Below are positions 1 through 12,615 of a stretch of DNA of 64,000 nt, piece by piece (the first letter of the stretch is position 1; every line of letters begins with the position of its first letter). The translations under genes and the position numbers were made by a program. The notes beneath the pieces were generated by a model. That model saw only the letters and a list, made by a program, of their open reading frames with translations. It was not told the DNA's origin and did not search any database. The stretch comes from Proteromonas lacertae (Eukaryota). Location of the stretch: NCBI GenBank assembly GCA_002245135.1, contig NGBS01000004.1:248001-312000 (forward strand), given 5' to 3'.

Positions 1-136
1 CTTGAGCAGAATAGAATTTATGTAACTATTTATTATAAATAATCGTTAGAAAAATCTATTTTGAAGAATCTTTACTATATTTATTATTTCTGTTTTAAAG
101 AGTAGTATGAACATTTTTATATATAAGAATAGGTAA

Positions 137-890
137 ATGTCTTCATCAGACGATGATTCAGAAACTGAAGCCATAGAAAGAACTATTTGTTCATTACCAG
201 AATGTTTCGTATATAAGATTCCTCCAGCATCAAGCTCCGAAGGATATTATGCTTCTGGATGGAAAAAACAATTATGGAGTGGCCCTTTACGTATTATTGC
301 AAAAGGTAAAGAATGCAGAGTTGAACTTTATAATTCAAATGATAATTCCATATTTGCCACATGCTACATAGAAGATGATCCTCCATCTGTTGAACCAGTA
401 AAGGATAGTTCAAGATATTTTGTTCTTCGAATTGTAAATGAAAGAGGTAAGAAAGCTTATATCGGTATTGGTTTCCAACAAAGATCCGATGCTTTTGATT
501 TCAATGTCACAATTCAAGATCATAAGAAACAAGCTGAAGAAGAAGATAATGAAGATGAAGAAGAAGAGGATGAAGAAGAAGATTTCAGTCTTGGCAAAGG
601 TGAAAAAATTAGTCTTAGTGTTAATGTTAAAGGTTCAGGAGTATATATATATATTTATTTATTTATTTATCCTAATTTATTTAATCTAGGGTGGTGGTTT
701 GAAAGAAAGAGGTCCAGTAAGTATTAAAGCACATGGTAGTGTATTAGCTCCACCACCACCAGCATCTGGTCGTAGTAGAGCTGCTAAATCTTCTGGTAGA
801 AGTAAACCAAAGCCAAAAGCCTCAAAGAAGCGTAGAGACGAGGAGGAAGATGAAGATGAGGATGAAGGAGATGACTTTGATTTTATGTAA
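137..890 (+). CDS. NECAP: Adaptin ear-binding coat-associated protein (NECAP, PHear domain); 2 exons, GT-AG intron 641-689
   Basis: Motifs VYKIPP..GY.AS.W, VEPVKDSSRYFVLRI and AYIGIGFQQRSDAFDFNV. Removing the 49-nt intron joins the 137 and 699 ORFs in frame. Confidence 0.9.
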
Positions 891-1029
891 TTAAAAATAC
901 TAAAATTATTATGTTTTATTATTTTGGATATGAAAACCACAAAAAACATATTTCAACAATACTTATAAGGTATAAAATATAAATAAGAAATAATAATATT
1001 TACTTTATTTTTGTCAATTAACACAAGTG

Positions 1030-4000
1030 TTATGCTACATCATCAGAACTAGTATCAGTTTTCATATCCGATTTATCTGTAGATCCAGGTGCAGGACTAA
1101 TAAGATTTTGACTGGCAGAACTCTTATCTTCACTCTTCACTTTAGCAGTTGAAGATTGTTTTGAAGGTGTTGATGGTGTTGGTTTTACTGTTGGTGTTGG
1201 TTTAACATTATTTGGAGTTTTTTTAGCATTAGCGTTAGCATTAGCAGCAGCACCAGCTGTAGCTCCTGGCTTTATAGTTGGTGCAGCTTTAGCTTTAGGA
1301 GTTCCAGCAGCAGCTCCTGAAGGTGTACTTGGAACAGCAGAAGGAGTTGAAACTGAATCTTTATTACTATTGGATATTTGTTGATCACTATTCGCTTCAG
1401 TTCTACTTAATTCACTGCCATTAGTTTTCTGACTTTCATTATTATCGTTAGTAGAACTTCTCCTTGAAGCTATGATTGATTTATCAAACACTTGACCTGA
1501 TGAATCTGTGTGTAACATTCTATTATTATCATCAATTCTCTTTTTTGATGTTGCACTATCTGTATCATTGAAAGAATCAGCTTCTTTTCTAATTGAATCA
1601 GCTAACTCACTGTTTGGCACATTGTTACTATCCAAATAGGAAATACTTTCCTTTTTAGCTGGTTTATTTGGTTGAATTGATAATTTAACATCTTTATTCC
1701 TTGCACTGTTTTGACTGTTAAATGAACTTCGGAATAAACTTGATTTAGAAGCAATACTTGCATTATAAAATGCAACATGTTGATGGAATATTTCAGGATC
1801 TTTTGTTGTATCTAATATAATAGATACTTTGGTATATTCATATATTGCTACTAATGTTGGAATTGAATGTTTCTTTAACATCTTAAACAATGTACCATTT
1901 GTCTTATAAGCTTTATAAAAATCAGATAATTGAAATCTTTCAAAATAATGTTTTTGTGCCAAGTAATTGACTATTAGATTCTCAGTCATATCAAATCCAT
2001 TTCCACCTTCAGCTTTATCAACTTCTTGTCGCTGTAATTGTATAAATTCTTGTGTCATTCCTAAATTTGCATGAATTGAAGGATTTGAAAAGTGGTTAGT
2101 AAATATTATTCTTTTCATTTCATTGATTTCTACTGTTGTTTTCTTTGTTTTAAATGTTTGAATATCTTCATATAATTCAAAACATTTTACATCATTCTCT
2201 TGTGCTAAGAAACAATAGAAGAACGCTCTATTTAATTTCTTCTTGAATAAATTGATCAACTCTGCTTTATTATCATTTGGCTTCTTATATAATTCATCAG
2301 CTTTACGTAATCTGAATAAAGAACTCTATTAAAATATAAAATAATAAATAAATATACAATCCTAACAAATGGAGAAATGTACAAAACAGAACATAATAAC
2401 TCCAAGATAACTCTTATTATATAATAATTCCTACTATCTTTATTATGTAAACTTGGTAAAATGATTATTAGTATATATATTCCTGTTATACCAGTGAAAT
2501 AATAATGTAACCTTCTGAAATAATAGGATGGTAATCCTCTGTTTTTATATATACCAAGTAAATGGATTAAAAATGAAACACACTATATATATATAAATAA
2601 ATATATATATATATATATATATACAGCTAAAACTAAACACATATATGAATAATCAGAATCAGTACAATATTTATAACTAAACGGTTGTTCACCATTCTTA
2701 TAAACAGTAGTTTCAACATACGAATCAACACTGCTTGAAAAAACAAACAATGATGTAATGAAGAAATATATTGAATATACCAATACATTCAAAATGCCTT
2801 GTAACTTTGATAAAGTACTACTTGTTTCATTTAATCTTGTATTTTCTTCTAATATAGTTAATAATGGACAGAAAAATAATAACGAATTAGTAATAATTGC
2901 AGTAAAAAATTGAAACAAACATTGGGACTCAGTTCTATCATCAAATAATGAAAATGAGGAAAATGTTAAAAATAAAGCATATAATAAATATAATCCAGTA
3001 GAATATGGTACAAATAATGGATTCCATTGTCTTATATTAATCACAACTCTTACAATAATACCAATATTAATTAAGAATATAATAAGAGCTAAAATAAACA
3101 ATACAACACCTGGTGCACTGGATAATCTCAACATATATTCTTGATCGAATGGAACCCAAGGCCAAGAAGCTGTGTAAACTGGGTAACAAGTGCAATCTCT
3201 ATAATTATTCTGAGATGAACACACTTTCTTATCTTGATTACAGGCTGAGATAGTATTTGGAGCTAATAGAGTGAAATATTTATCACCTGTAGAATTTGTT
3301 TGTATTTGTGCTACAACACCTGTCTTCGCTGAGTTTGTACCTGAACTATCAAATGTGATTGGTCCATAGAATGTATCCCAATTTACACAACCACTAGCAC
3401 AGGATGATACTGAACATGGTTGAGTTATTTTCTTAGTTGAACTATCAATACAGACTTTGAAATTATTATCTTGATTTACTATATGTACATAATAATAAAT
3501 AATAATAATATACAAGTAATTAACTTATTAAAAGTTTCTGTTGATTGAAATGATCGAGAAACATCGATACTAAAGTGTTTACATAATTCAACTATCTTCT
3601 GAATAGTTATACCAATTGCAGCTCCTCTTCCAATCAATGTATAGTCATTATTCAATGAATCTAAACCATCAGGAAATATATTATCCTCTTCACTACGATA
3701 GGACTCAAAATTATCATTAAAATATTTGAAGAACTGAGAAGTTGTTCCCATAAACCTATCTTTTACACCAAAATCAATATTTTCATCAAATTCTATTAAG
3801 AAATGTGAATTGTAATTAGGAGAATTAACTTTATTGGGAGAATACCACATAGATGATTTATATATACCCATTACCTTAGGAGGTAAATAGACTGTAGTCT
3901 GTAGTATCTTGAGGAGATTAACTGTATCATCTGAACCAAAGATAACCATATCAGGATTGAGAATTTTAATATATCTTAACCATTTTTCACCATAATTCAT

Positions 4001-5011
4001 TCTACCATTAATACTAGCAAATTGACTCTATTAATAATAATAATAATAATAATAATATATACGAAATCATATTTTGGATATGTACAACTATGTTTTTTAC
4101 CATCGCTAGTTGTACAATCACTATCTTCATTACATGTCTTCCCATCTACTTTATCATCTTCATAAGAACACCGTTTCGACATAACTGTTATACCTTTTGC
4201 ACTATCTAACAATGACACAAATGAATCACATATTGTTGTTAATTCAGCAGATGAACTTTTATCACCCATAAATAATACCCTTGATACTTCTATTGATTAT
4301 TTAAATTATATATATATATATATATATACTATATCTGTTAGTGATTAAATCTACAGCACTTACTGGGTACTTTGATAGTTTTATTACTGGCGAAATCATA
4401 AACTTATAGTTTTGTGTATAAACATCATCATTTGATGCACTACTAAAGACTAATATATTGATTCCTTCTGAAGTTACTTTTCCATTATTTTGTGCTACCA
4501 TTTTGAATGTATAATTTGTTAATTCTGGATAGGATGGTGCCACTAAGAAATGAGGTTTAAAACCAGTAATGCTGGAAACTTGTTTAATGTAATCCTTTAT
4601 TAATTCTTCATATTTTTCTAGTGATGTAAACTATTCAAAATAATAATTATATTAATACAGAATCTGCTAATTCCACCAATGTCACACATACTTTTCTTCT
4701 TCTATACAATATAAGTAAAATAAAAATACTCATTACTTTCACATTGGTCATCTGTTTGAGATTTTTCATCTAAGCATATTCCACCTTTGCTATTTATATA
4801 ATCCCTCCACATCAACAATCCTGTCCAAACAGATATATCTATACAATAAATATTATTTATTAATACCGCCACTACCTGAAATAATACTTTTGCTTCCTCC
4901 AAATCCATCAATCCATATAGTGTCTTTAGTACATGTTGAATTACCAAATTTGTAGTACTCATAGCATGTACAATAGGATAGAAATATAAGTAATATAATA
5001 TATATTTTCAT
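1030..5011 (-). CDS. Multi-exon receptor: signal peptide, periplasmic-binding-protein-like (Venus flytrap) ectodomain, 7TM, RGS domain, low-complexity tail
   Basis: ATG at 5011 gives MKIYIILLIFLSYCTC. PBP1-like motifs GLLMWRDYINSKGGI and WDTFYGPITFDSSG. Seven hydrophobic segments at ~2350-3115. RGS-like FYCFLAQENDVKCFELYEDIQTFK...YFERFQLSDFY. Several ~30-40 nt GT-AG introns. Confidence 0.75.
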
Positions 5012-5030
5012 TAAAATTTAAAACGAATAT

Positions 5031-5050
5031 TTAGGCTTGTGTTAGGCTTG
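5031..5050 (-). promoter_or_regulatory. Tandem CAAGCCTAA motif ~20 nt upstream of the ATG at 5011 (candidate core promoter element)
   Basis: Minus strand reads CAAGCCTAACACAAGCCTAA. CAAGC recurs just upstream of several other starts (7475, 13745, 15410, 18810, 22802). Confidence 0.45.
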
Positions 5051-5231
5051 AAAATATGAAAAGACATCCGTTACACTATTAGATATAAGAGTAACTTAAA
5101 GTTATTTAAAAAGATCTTCAATCAAATTAATACAGAGAAGAAGAAGAAAACATTGAAAGTTGAAGAAAATTGAAGAAAAAAGACTAACAAAGTACCATTC
5201 ATAAACCCACTTTTTATTTTAATATTTATTT

Positions 5232-5313
5232 GACAGCATGCCCGAGTGGTTAAGGGGGTTGACTCGAAATCAACTGCGATTTCCGCGCGCAAGTTCGAAT
5301 CCTGCTGCTGTCG
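5232..5313 (+). tRNA. tRNA-Ser(CGA)
   Basis: Acceptor stem GACAGCA/TGCTGTC, D loop with TGG, anticodon arm GTTGA-CTCGAAA-TCAAC, long variable arm, GTTCGAATCC T loop, discriminator G, then an oligo-T Pol III terminator. One A.C mismatch in the T stem. Confidence 0.93.
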
Positions 5314-5337
5314 TTTCTTTTTTCTTTTTTTATCTCA

Positions 5338-6114
5338 ATGAAACCTTTCTATAAAAGCCAACTAAAATTATTAATATCAATAAGAAACAGGTATTCAAAT
5401 TTTGGAAGAATTATTACTCCTCTAATTTCAAAGAATCCTTTATTAGACATCTGCTTGTTAGTATGGATCTTAGGTGTATTCAATTGCTTGACAGGTTTTT
5501 ATTTTACATGGTCGTTGATAATTGGATGTGTATCAGCTTTTCTTATTAATTTCTTCATTCCAAAACCAAGGCCGAAAGATATTGATGAAAGAGTTAAAGC
5601 ATTATCATCATCAATGCAGGGCTCGATGTGTGTTGAATGTGTAGCAGTTATTATTATTATTACAGACATTATAATCCACAATACTTCAATCCTGTTATCA
5701 TTTTCATTAATACTATTTGCTTTTTTTATAGGATTCTCTCGTATTATAGCAAATTCATATTTTCCTTATCAAATAGCAAATGGTTATATCTATGGGTTTA
5801 TATTTTACATTTTTTCATACATTTTGCAGCCTTTATTAAAACCAAAAAGATATAATGAATATAGACAGTTAGCATTTCTAGCTGTAGTAGTACTTATCTA
5901 TTTAATGATAATAACTTTATTAGCAGAAAGTAATTACAGTAATTCACTTTCAGTATCATACGATGATTATTTAGAAGTAATGCAAGAAATAATGAGTCAA
6001 GATGCTCCAATACAGCCAAATACTGACAAAAATGAGAAAGTGAAAGAAGATGGTTTTTATAAAACAATGAAAATGTTAAGAGAAAGATCAAGAATGAATT
6101 ATGATGATAAATAA
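5338..6114 (+). CDS. PAP2-superfamily membrane protein (lipid phosphate phosphatase-like, degenerate catalytic motifs)
   Basis: Intronless 258 aa ORF with several TM helices, KPRP motif and GFSRII...SYFPYQI (PAP2 SR....H motif, His replaced). Confidence 0.6.
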   Translation: MKPFYKSQLKLLISIRNRYSNFGRIITPLISKNPLLDICLLVWILGVFNCLTGFYFTWSLIIGCVSAFLINFFIPKPRPKDIDERVKALSSSMQGSMCVECVAVIIIITDIIIHNTSILLSFSLILFAFFIGFSRIIANSYFPYQIANGYIYGFIFYIFSYILQPLLKPKRYNEYRQLAFLAVVVLIYLMIITLLAESNYSNSLSVSYDDYLEVMQEIMSQDAPIQPNTDKNEKVKEDGFYKTMKMLRERSRMNYDDK

Positions 6115-6268
6115 ATAGATTAATAATTAATAAATATGTAATAATTAAATTTTAAATGTTTTTATGTTATTTTAATTATAAAGAATAAAAATTAATAATT
6201 ATAATAAAAATATTATATATGTATGTAAGTAAAGTGATAAAGAAAAAAACGACATAACAATAACAATT

Positions 6269-7302
6269 TTACTGTCCAAATCTTCTTTTCTGTTTCTTAA
6301 ACTTATTAATATATGAGAAAAACAAACTCTTGGTAATTTCATTCCAATATTCTTCACAAACAACAATCTCAGCATAAGCTATTTGCCAAATCAAAAAATT
6401 AGATATTCTCATATCTCCTCCAGTTCTTATCACAAGATCAACAGGTGGTGCATTTTCTGTAAAAAGATTATCTTCAATTAAATCAATCAAATCTTCAGGA
6501 TGATTAACTTGTGTTTGTTGTTTCATTATTCTATAACAAGCATTTGCTACATCATATTTTCCACTGTAATCAACAGCTACATGAACTGTAATATCATGGA
6601 AACCAGCTGTTCTTTTCTCTACATCATCCATCATCAGTTTTATTGAATCATTAAAATGATCTCTTCCACCAATAAACTTTATGCAAATCTTTTTACCATC
6701 TTCCACTTCATTGTCTTTCAATTGTACTAATTGTTTTAAAAATTCTTCAAACAAATTCATTAATATATCAACTTCATTTTTATCTCTATTCCAATTCTCT
6801 CGTGAGAATGCATATACTGTATAATAAGGTATTCCATACTCTATACACCATTCTACTGAACTTTTGAATATTTCTGCTCCTTGTTTATATGACTGCGAGT
6901 AAGTTATTCCATGCATTTTGGCATATCGTCTATTACCATCCATTATGGCTGCTATATGTTTAGGTCTTTGATCTGGTGGTAATATCTTTGATTCTTGACT
7001 TAGTATTGAATAATACATTATCTATATAAATATATATCATATTAATATTTATTGAATAAATACCAACAAAATAACTATTAGTAATGCTGAATATACTACC
7101 TTTATTGTTAAAGTAAATTCAAACATACTATTTTTGCATATATATAATGACTATAATTATACTACCAGATTGTAATAATATCGAAAATTGCAAAACAAAT
7201 TTCTATTGAGTAATGTGGGATGAAATAAGAGGATAATAAATATGAAACCAAAATAATGCATCCTACTATTGGCAACTGCATGAAATCTATCTGTTCTTGC
7301 AT
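6269..7302 (-). CDS. cis-prenyltransferase (UPPS/DHDDS family) with hydrophobic N-terminal exons
   Basis: PKHIAAIMDGNRRYA, YAFSRENWNR, VDLVIRTGGDMRISNFLIWQIAYAE, C-terminal RRFG. Start at 7302 inferred through two short introns. Confidence 0.88.
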
Positions 7303-7518
7303 TTTTCTATATTATAAAATAATTTAAAACTACATATTTAATTGATATAGACTTATAAGACTGTATAAGCACAAATGAGAGTATATAACGCTTGACTTGA
7401 TATTGTCGAATATATTAAACTTCTATTTGAGTATAGATAATGCTCATACCATTTTTGAATCAAAAAAAAGGAATCAAGCTTATTGATCGAGCTTTTTAAA
7501 TTTTTTGTTTTTCTCGAG

Positions 7519-9210
7519 ATGGAGGAAGAAGATGCTCCTAAAGAACAAATGAATGAAAATAATATTTCTAATATATCTTCTACAAATAATTCTAATTTGT
7601 CTTTCCCTGATCGATCTAATGAAACTACACTTACAAGGAAACAGAGAAGAAATTTAGCAAAGAAGGAACGTTTAAAGCAGAAGAGGAAAGAAGCTTACGA
7701 AGAAATAAAGAAAACTATTAATGATCAAAATATCCTTTCACTTGTATAATATATAATTATGTTTTTCTAACATCTTTTTAAGGATGATATTATAAAAGAA
7801 ACTGAAAAGCAGAAGGAAGAAGTTTTATCAATTTGGACAGAAAAGAACAAAGAATTAGATGCCATATTCCAAGAGAAGAAGAAAAAAGAAGAGGAAGAAT
7901 TAGCACAGAAGTTAAAAAGAAAAGAAGATTTAGACAATCAAATCAAAGAAAAAGAAGAATTAGAAAATAAGATTAAAAAACAAGAAGAAGAAAGAAAAAC
8001 AATGATTGTATATATAAATATATTATAATTATTATAGGTAGCAAATGATGAAAAGATGAATGAATATCGTAAAAGTCCAGGATATGGTATAAAAAGTGAT
8101 GGATTTAATTGTTTGTACTATCTCAAAGTGGGTGTTTGTAAATATGATGATTTATGTAATAGATATCACGATAAACCAACTAAAAGCCGAGGAATAGTGA
8201 TTAGAAATATGTATAAAGGTTTAGGAATGGATGAAGTACATGATAAAATATCAAATAATAGCAACAATACTCATGAAGATGATGAATATTCTTTAGAATA
8301 TACTGAAACTGAAATAATGGAACATTTAAAGGAATTTTATGATGATATATTACCAGAATTTGAAAAATATGGTAAAGTAATAAATATGAAAATATGCAGT
8401 AATAGAATACCTCATCTCCGCGGTAATGTTTGTGTTGAATATAATAATGAAGAAAGTGCCAATAAGGCAATGAGTAGTTTAAATGGTAGGTTTTATGCAG
8501 GTAAACAATTGAAAGTGGAGTTATTACCTCCTACATCATTAAGATGGCAGTATTCTATATGTAGTCAGTATCAGAGAGGGAATTGTGTTAGGAATTATGA
8601 TTGCTTTTATTTACATCCATTTCCGTATATATATATTATTATAATTATAAATGATGAATTATATTTTTATATGAATATAATATTATGTTGATATATAAAC
8701 CGTCCTTATTCTGATATATTTATATTTATATTTATATTATAATAATTCTATAATAGTGATCCATATGGAAGATTTGACTATCATCCTTCTAATTATTACA
8801 ACAGTAGTAGTAGTAGTAATAATAATAACTATGATTCTGATAATAGTGGTAATAGTAAAGACTATCATCATCATAAGAGTAGAAGCAGAAGTAGAAGTGA
8901 AAATCACCACGACCATCACCGCCATCATCACAGTCATCGTCGTCATAGATCATCTAGTAATAAACATCACTCTCATAACCACTCACATCACAGTAGAAGC
9001 CATCATCGTAGATCTACTTCATCTTCTGCAGATTATCACAGATCGAAACATAGAAAAAATTCTCGTGATTATGATAAAGAGAGAAGCAGGTCAAGATCAT
9101 TGACAACTAAAGATGAGGTTGATGAGAATAAAGTTAAGGAAGAAAAACAATCTCAAACAACTTCAAAGGAGGATCATACAAATGGAAAAGGTATTGAAAA
9201 GAAAATGTAA
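7519..9210 (+). CDS. ZRSR2: ZRSR2/Urp-type U2AF35-related splicing factor (coiled coil, CCCH, UHM, CCCH, RS/His-rich tail)
   Basis: CLYYLKVGVCKYDDLCNRYH, SLEYTETE...FYDDILPEFEKYGKV...PHLRGNV and LNGRFYAGKQL. Long N-terminal K/E coil is typical of ZRSR rather than U2AF1. Introns 7744-7782, ~8008-8037 and 8625-8756. Confidence 0.82.
8646..8718 (+). ncRNA. Candidate intronic box C/D snoRNA
   Basis: Inside the unusually long 132-nt intron: box C ATGATGA 8651-8657, D'-like ATGA 8671, C'-like ATGTTGA 8685, box D CTGA 8711-8714, short TATA/TATA terminal stem, and a GC-containing guide AAACCGTCCTTATT before box D. Confidence 0.5.
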
Positions 9211-9378
9211 AATCTAATGATTTAAAACTACTTTGAATTTTTTTAAAATTATAACCATGTGTAGATTAAATTATTTATTATCATTTGTTTTTTGTTGTTA
9301 TAAAGAACGAATAAAGCTATTAAATGAAAAGATTTTTTGGTTCAAAAAATACCCCAAAATATTCAAACAAATTCCCTA

Positions 9379-10460
9379 ATGTTTGAAAATCACCAAATAG
9401 CACCTTCTTCAGACGTATGAAATACATAATAATTTTTAGATATTATTATACAAGCTATATCTACAGAAAGGGAGGAAACGGTCAAGTAATGACTTAATCT
9501 GTCAATTAACAGATGTAACTACTAAAATAGCAGGTCTTTTATATTGTACAAAAAATACTCTTTTCATTTACATAGTAAACAATTATGAAATATCAGAGTG
9601 GCAGATGTGGTATTTAAGATTGTGGAACTTAGAACCGGATGTTCCATATATAACAACGGCCAAACTATTCACATCACTTCAAATACCTCCAATTCCTTTC
9701 TTTAACCAGTATTTTAGTTATTCACGTATATTGAGAATTTTCTATTATTAGAACAAAAAATAAACATAGATGATTTTATTCAATTTATATTACTCTTTGG
9801 ATTCTTTGACATACATACTTTATTACCTTGTTTTTTCGAAATCACAGGAATACACAGTCATAAATACGTAACTAATGTATTAATTATATTAATATTAATA
9901 AATAGGAACAAATTCATCTATTTTTAAGGTCATTTAGTGCTTTAGATGCATTTGGTTCAGCAATGAGACAATTCATATCCTCTGCCCAGTATAAATGTGA
10001 AGGAAGAATATCTCTAATATCATTTGGTGAATTTTTACTAAGTAATCGAGATATATTCAATCCTATCTTTAGATTACAATTTAAAATAATTAAAGAGATT
10101 ATAGGAGTTGATTCTTTTAATATTATACAGCAAAGACAGAGATTTTATGATAATAACCCAGATATGGATTTCCGTCTTCCTCCAGAGAATTGTTTGTTAC
10201 ATTTTTATAGAGTTGTATTTACAAGCGAGCCAAATCAATATTTATGTGATTTTAAACCACAATCAAAATGGCAAAATGTTGATTCGATTGTAGCTAAAGT
10301 AAGACAAAGATATTCTCCTAATTTCAGATCGAGTAATAATATGTCTAGTTTAAGACTTAAAAAGATAACATTTAGGAAATGTGAATCACAGCTGGATAGT
10401 AATAGTAGAACTGTTTCTTATAACAGTGTAATTTTATCAAAACCTTCATCTTCTAGTTGA
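9379..10460 (+). CDS. Hypothetical multi-exon protein, possibly degenerate EF-hand-like
   Basis: Several short exons separated by GT-AG introns lead into the 9963-10460 ORF. Segments KINIDDFIQF and GRISLISFGEFL resemble EF-hand ends. Start approximate. Confidence 0.45.
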
Positions 10461-10630
10461 ATGTAATTATTTGTATATTATTTGTATATTTTATATTTTT
10501 TTATCACTTTTTAAAATTCATTTTTTATAAATTGTTTTTGTTGATGTTTTATTAAAAATACAAAAAAAACAAATGTATTATTGTGTATTTTCAAAATAGA
10601 TTAGAAATTTACACTGTTTTTCTTCTAAAG

Positions 10631-12553
10631 ATGCAATATGATGATATATCACATAGAGTTCAAGTAAGATCGACGAGTATAGATGATACTAAAGATAACG
10701 ATTTAGATCCAGTTGTAAATGCCATTTTTGAAGACTCTTGCTCAGATCTAGAATTATCTATTCAGTGTCAGAGTTTAGCCCAAATGGATGCTACTTCTAA
10801 CTCTGATCCTTTCGTTGTTGTGTATATGGCTGAAAATGGTAGGTGGAAGGAATTGGGAAGAACTGAGGTATTGATAGATGATCCAAAGTATTTTTAAAAT
10901 TCATATTTAAATATATATAGTCCAAAATTTACAACATCTTTTGCTGTTTCATATTATTTTGAGGAGGTACAAGCTATGAGATTTGTTGTATATGATGCAA
11001 ATGATTTTCATGTACCACCTGAGAAAATATCTTTTGATTTAATAGAAATGTATTTTATTTAGTTATATTTTCATTCTTATTCTTTACATTCGTATTGAAG
11101 AGCAAGATATGATAGGATATATAGATTTATCATTAAAAGATATTCATTGTGCGAAGAAACAAGAATATCATAAACTAGTAAATAATAATGATAAGAATAA
11201 AGATTGGGGTAAAATCTTAATTCACAGTGAAGAAATCAGTCAAAAGAATGATAAAATCGTTTTAGAATTAGGATGTAAAAATATTCCAAATGGTGATATT
11301 TTTTTAATAATCAATCGAAAAGGTGAGAATAATATAAGTGATGCTTGTTATCGAAGTGAAGTAAAGAATAATAAAAGTGGTGAGATAATATTTGATCGAA
11401 TAGAAATATTAAGTCAAAAATTGTGTAATGGAGATTATTATCGTCCATTAATATTTGAAATCTACTTGTGGGGTAAAAATGGTCAACATTTATTATTGTG
11501 TAACTGTCAAAGTAATATAAATGGATTTCAGCGAAAGAAAGAGATGGATTTAAAAATGCGAGGTGAAAAGATAGGAAAATTATCAATAATGAAATGTGAA
11601 ATAATAAAACAACCAACATTTTTAAGTTATATAAAAGGTGGTTGTGAATTAAACTTTATGGTAGCAATAGATTTTACAGGTAGTAATGGAGATCCAAGTG
11701 AGAGAGATTCTTTGCATTATATAAATGGTTCAAGTGATAATGAATATGAAAGTGCAATAAAGATGGTAGGAAATGTATTAGAACATTATGACAGTGATAA
11801 ACTATTTCCAAGTTATGGATTTGGATGTTTTTATGAAGGTGAAATTCGTCATTGTTTTCCAATCAATGGTGATGAATGTAATCCTGAAGTATATGGAATG
11901 AGTGGAATAATCAATAGTTATCATAAGATAATGAAGTCAATAAGATTTTGTGGTCCAACTCTATTTAGTGAGATATTACAGACAGCAGCTAGTGTAGCAG
12001 AAAGTTATGAAGATTTATTACCTGAACAGAAATATTTGATTTTATTAATAATAACAGATGGAGTGATAGATGATATGGATGAAACAATAGAATTGCTTGT
12101 TCAAATATCCTTTTTTATTTTATTGTTTTTTGAATTGTTGTTTTGAATAGTTATATTTATGATTTGAAAATTTATATATCTTTAATTTGATGTGATATTT
12201 ACTGTAGTAAACTACCTCTATCAGTATTAATCGTAGGAGTAGGTGATGCTGATTTTAGTAATATGCGAATATTAGATGGAGATGAAGTTCGTTTAGAATA
12301 TGATGGAGTAAAAGCTGAAAGAGATATTGTACAATTTGTTGCTGCTAGACATTTGAAAGATGAAAGACAAACAGCAAAAGAATTATTGGCTGAAATACCA
12401 AGACAGTTATGTGATTATATGAAATCTAAAGGATTAGAACCAAACCAGATGAGAGTAAAGTCAGTGAAACAGTCCAACAACATACCATATCCTTTAGAAG
12501 AGTCAAAATTAAGTAAACCACCTAAATGTAAGTTAAATCCAGAAGATGAATAA
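10631..12553 (+). CDS. Copine (C2A-C2B-vWA), copy A
   Basis: SNSDPFVVVY, LNFMVAIDFTGSNGDP..SLHY, YLILLIITDGVI, LPLSVLIVGVGDADF and AERDIVQFV. Introns 10888-10920 (GT-AG), 11027-11087 (AT-AC) and 12105-12202 (AT-AC) restore one frame. Confidence 0.93.
11027..11087 (+). other. U12-type AT-AC intron (61 nt)
   Basis: 5' ATATCTTTT, 3' TCTTTAC. Phase-0 removal gives PPEK/IRIEEQDMIG. Confidence 0.8.
12105..12202 (+). other. U12-type AT-AC intron (98 nt)
   Basis: 5' ATATCCTTTT, branch-like TCTTTAAT, 3' TTTAC. Removal gives the copine motif LLVQ/CSKLPLSVLIVGVG. Confidence 0.9.
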
Positions 12554-12615
12554 AAAATAGTTTTAAATATATATAATTTTATTATTAAATAATGTTTAAT
12601 ATTTATTTTTGTGTA

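Noticed and set aside
8737..9103. Hydrophobic ORFs 8737-8946 and 8756-9103
   Set aside because: Shadow frames of the Ser/Arg/His-rich ZRSR2 tail.
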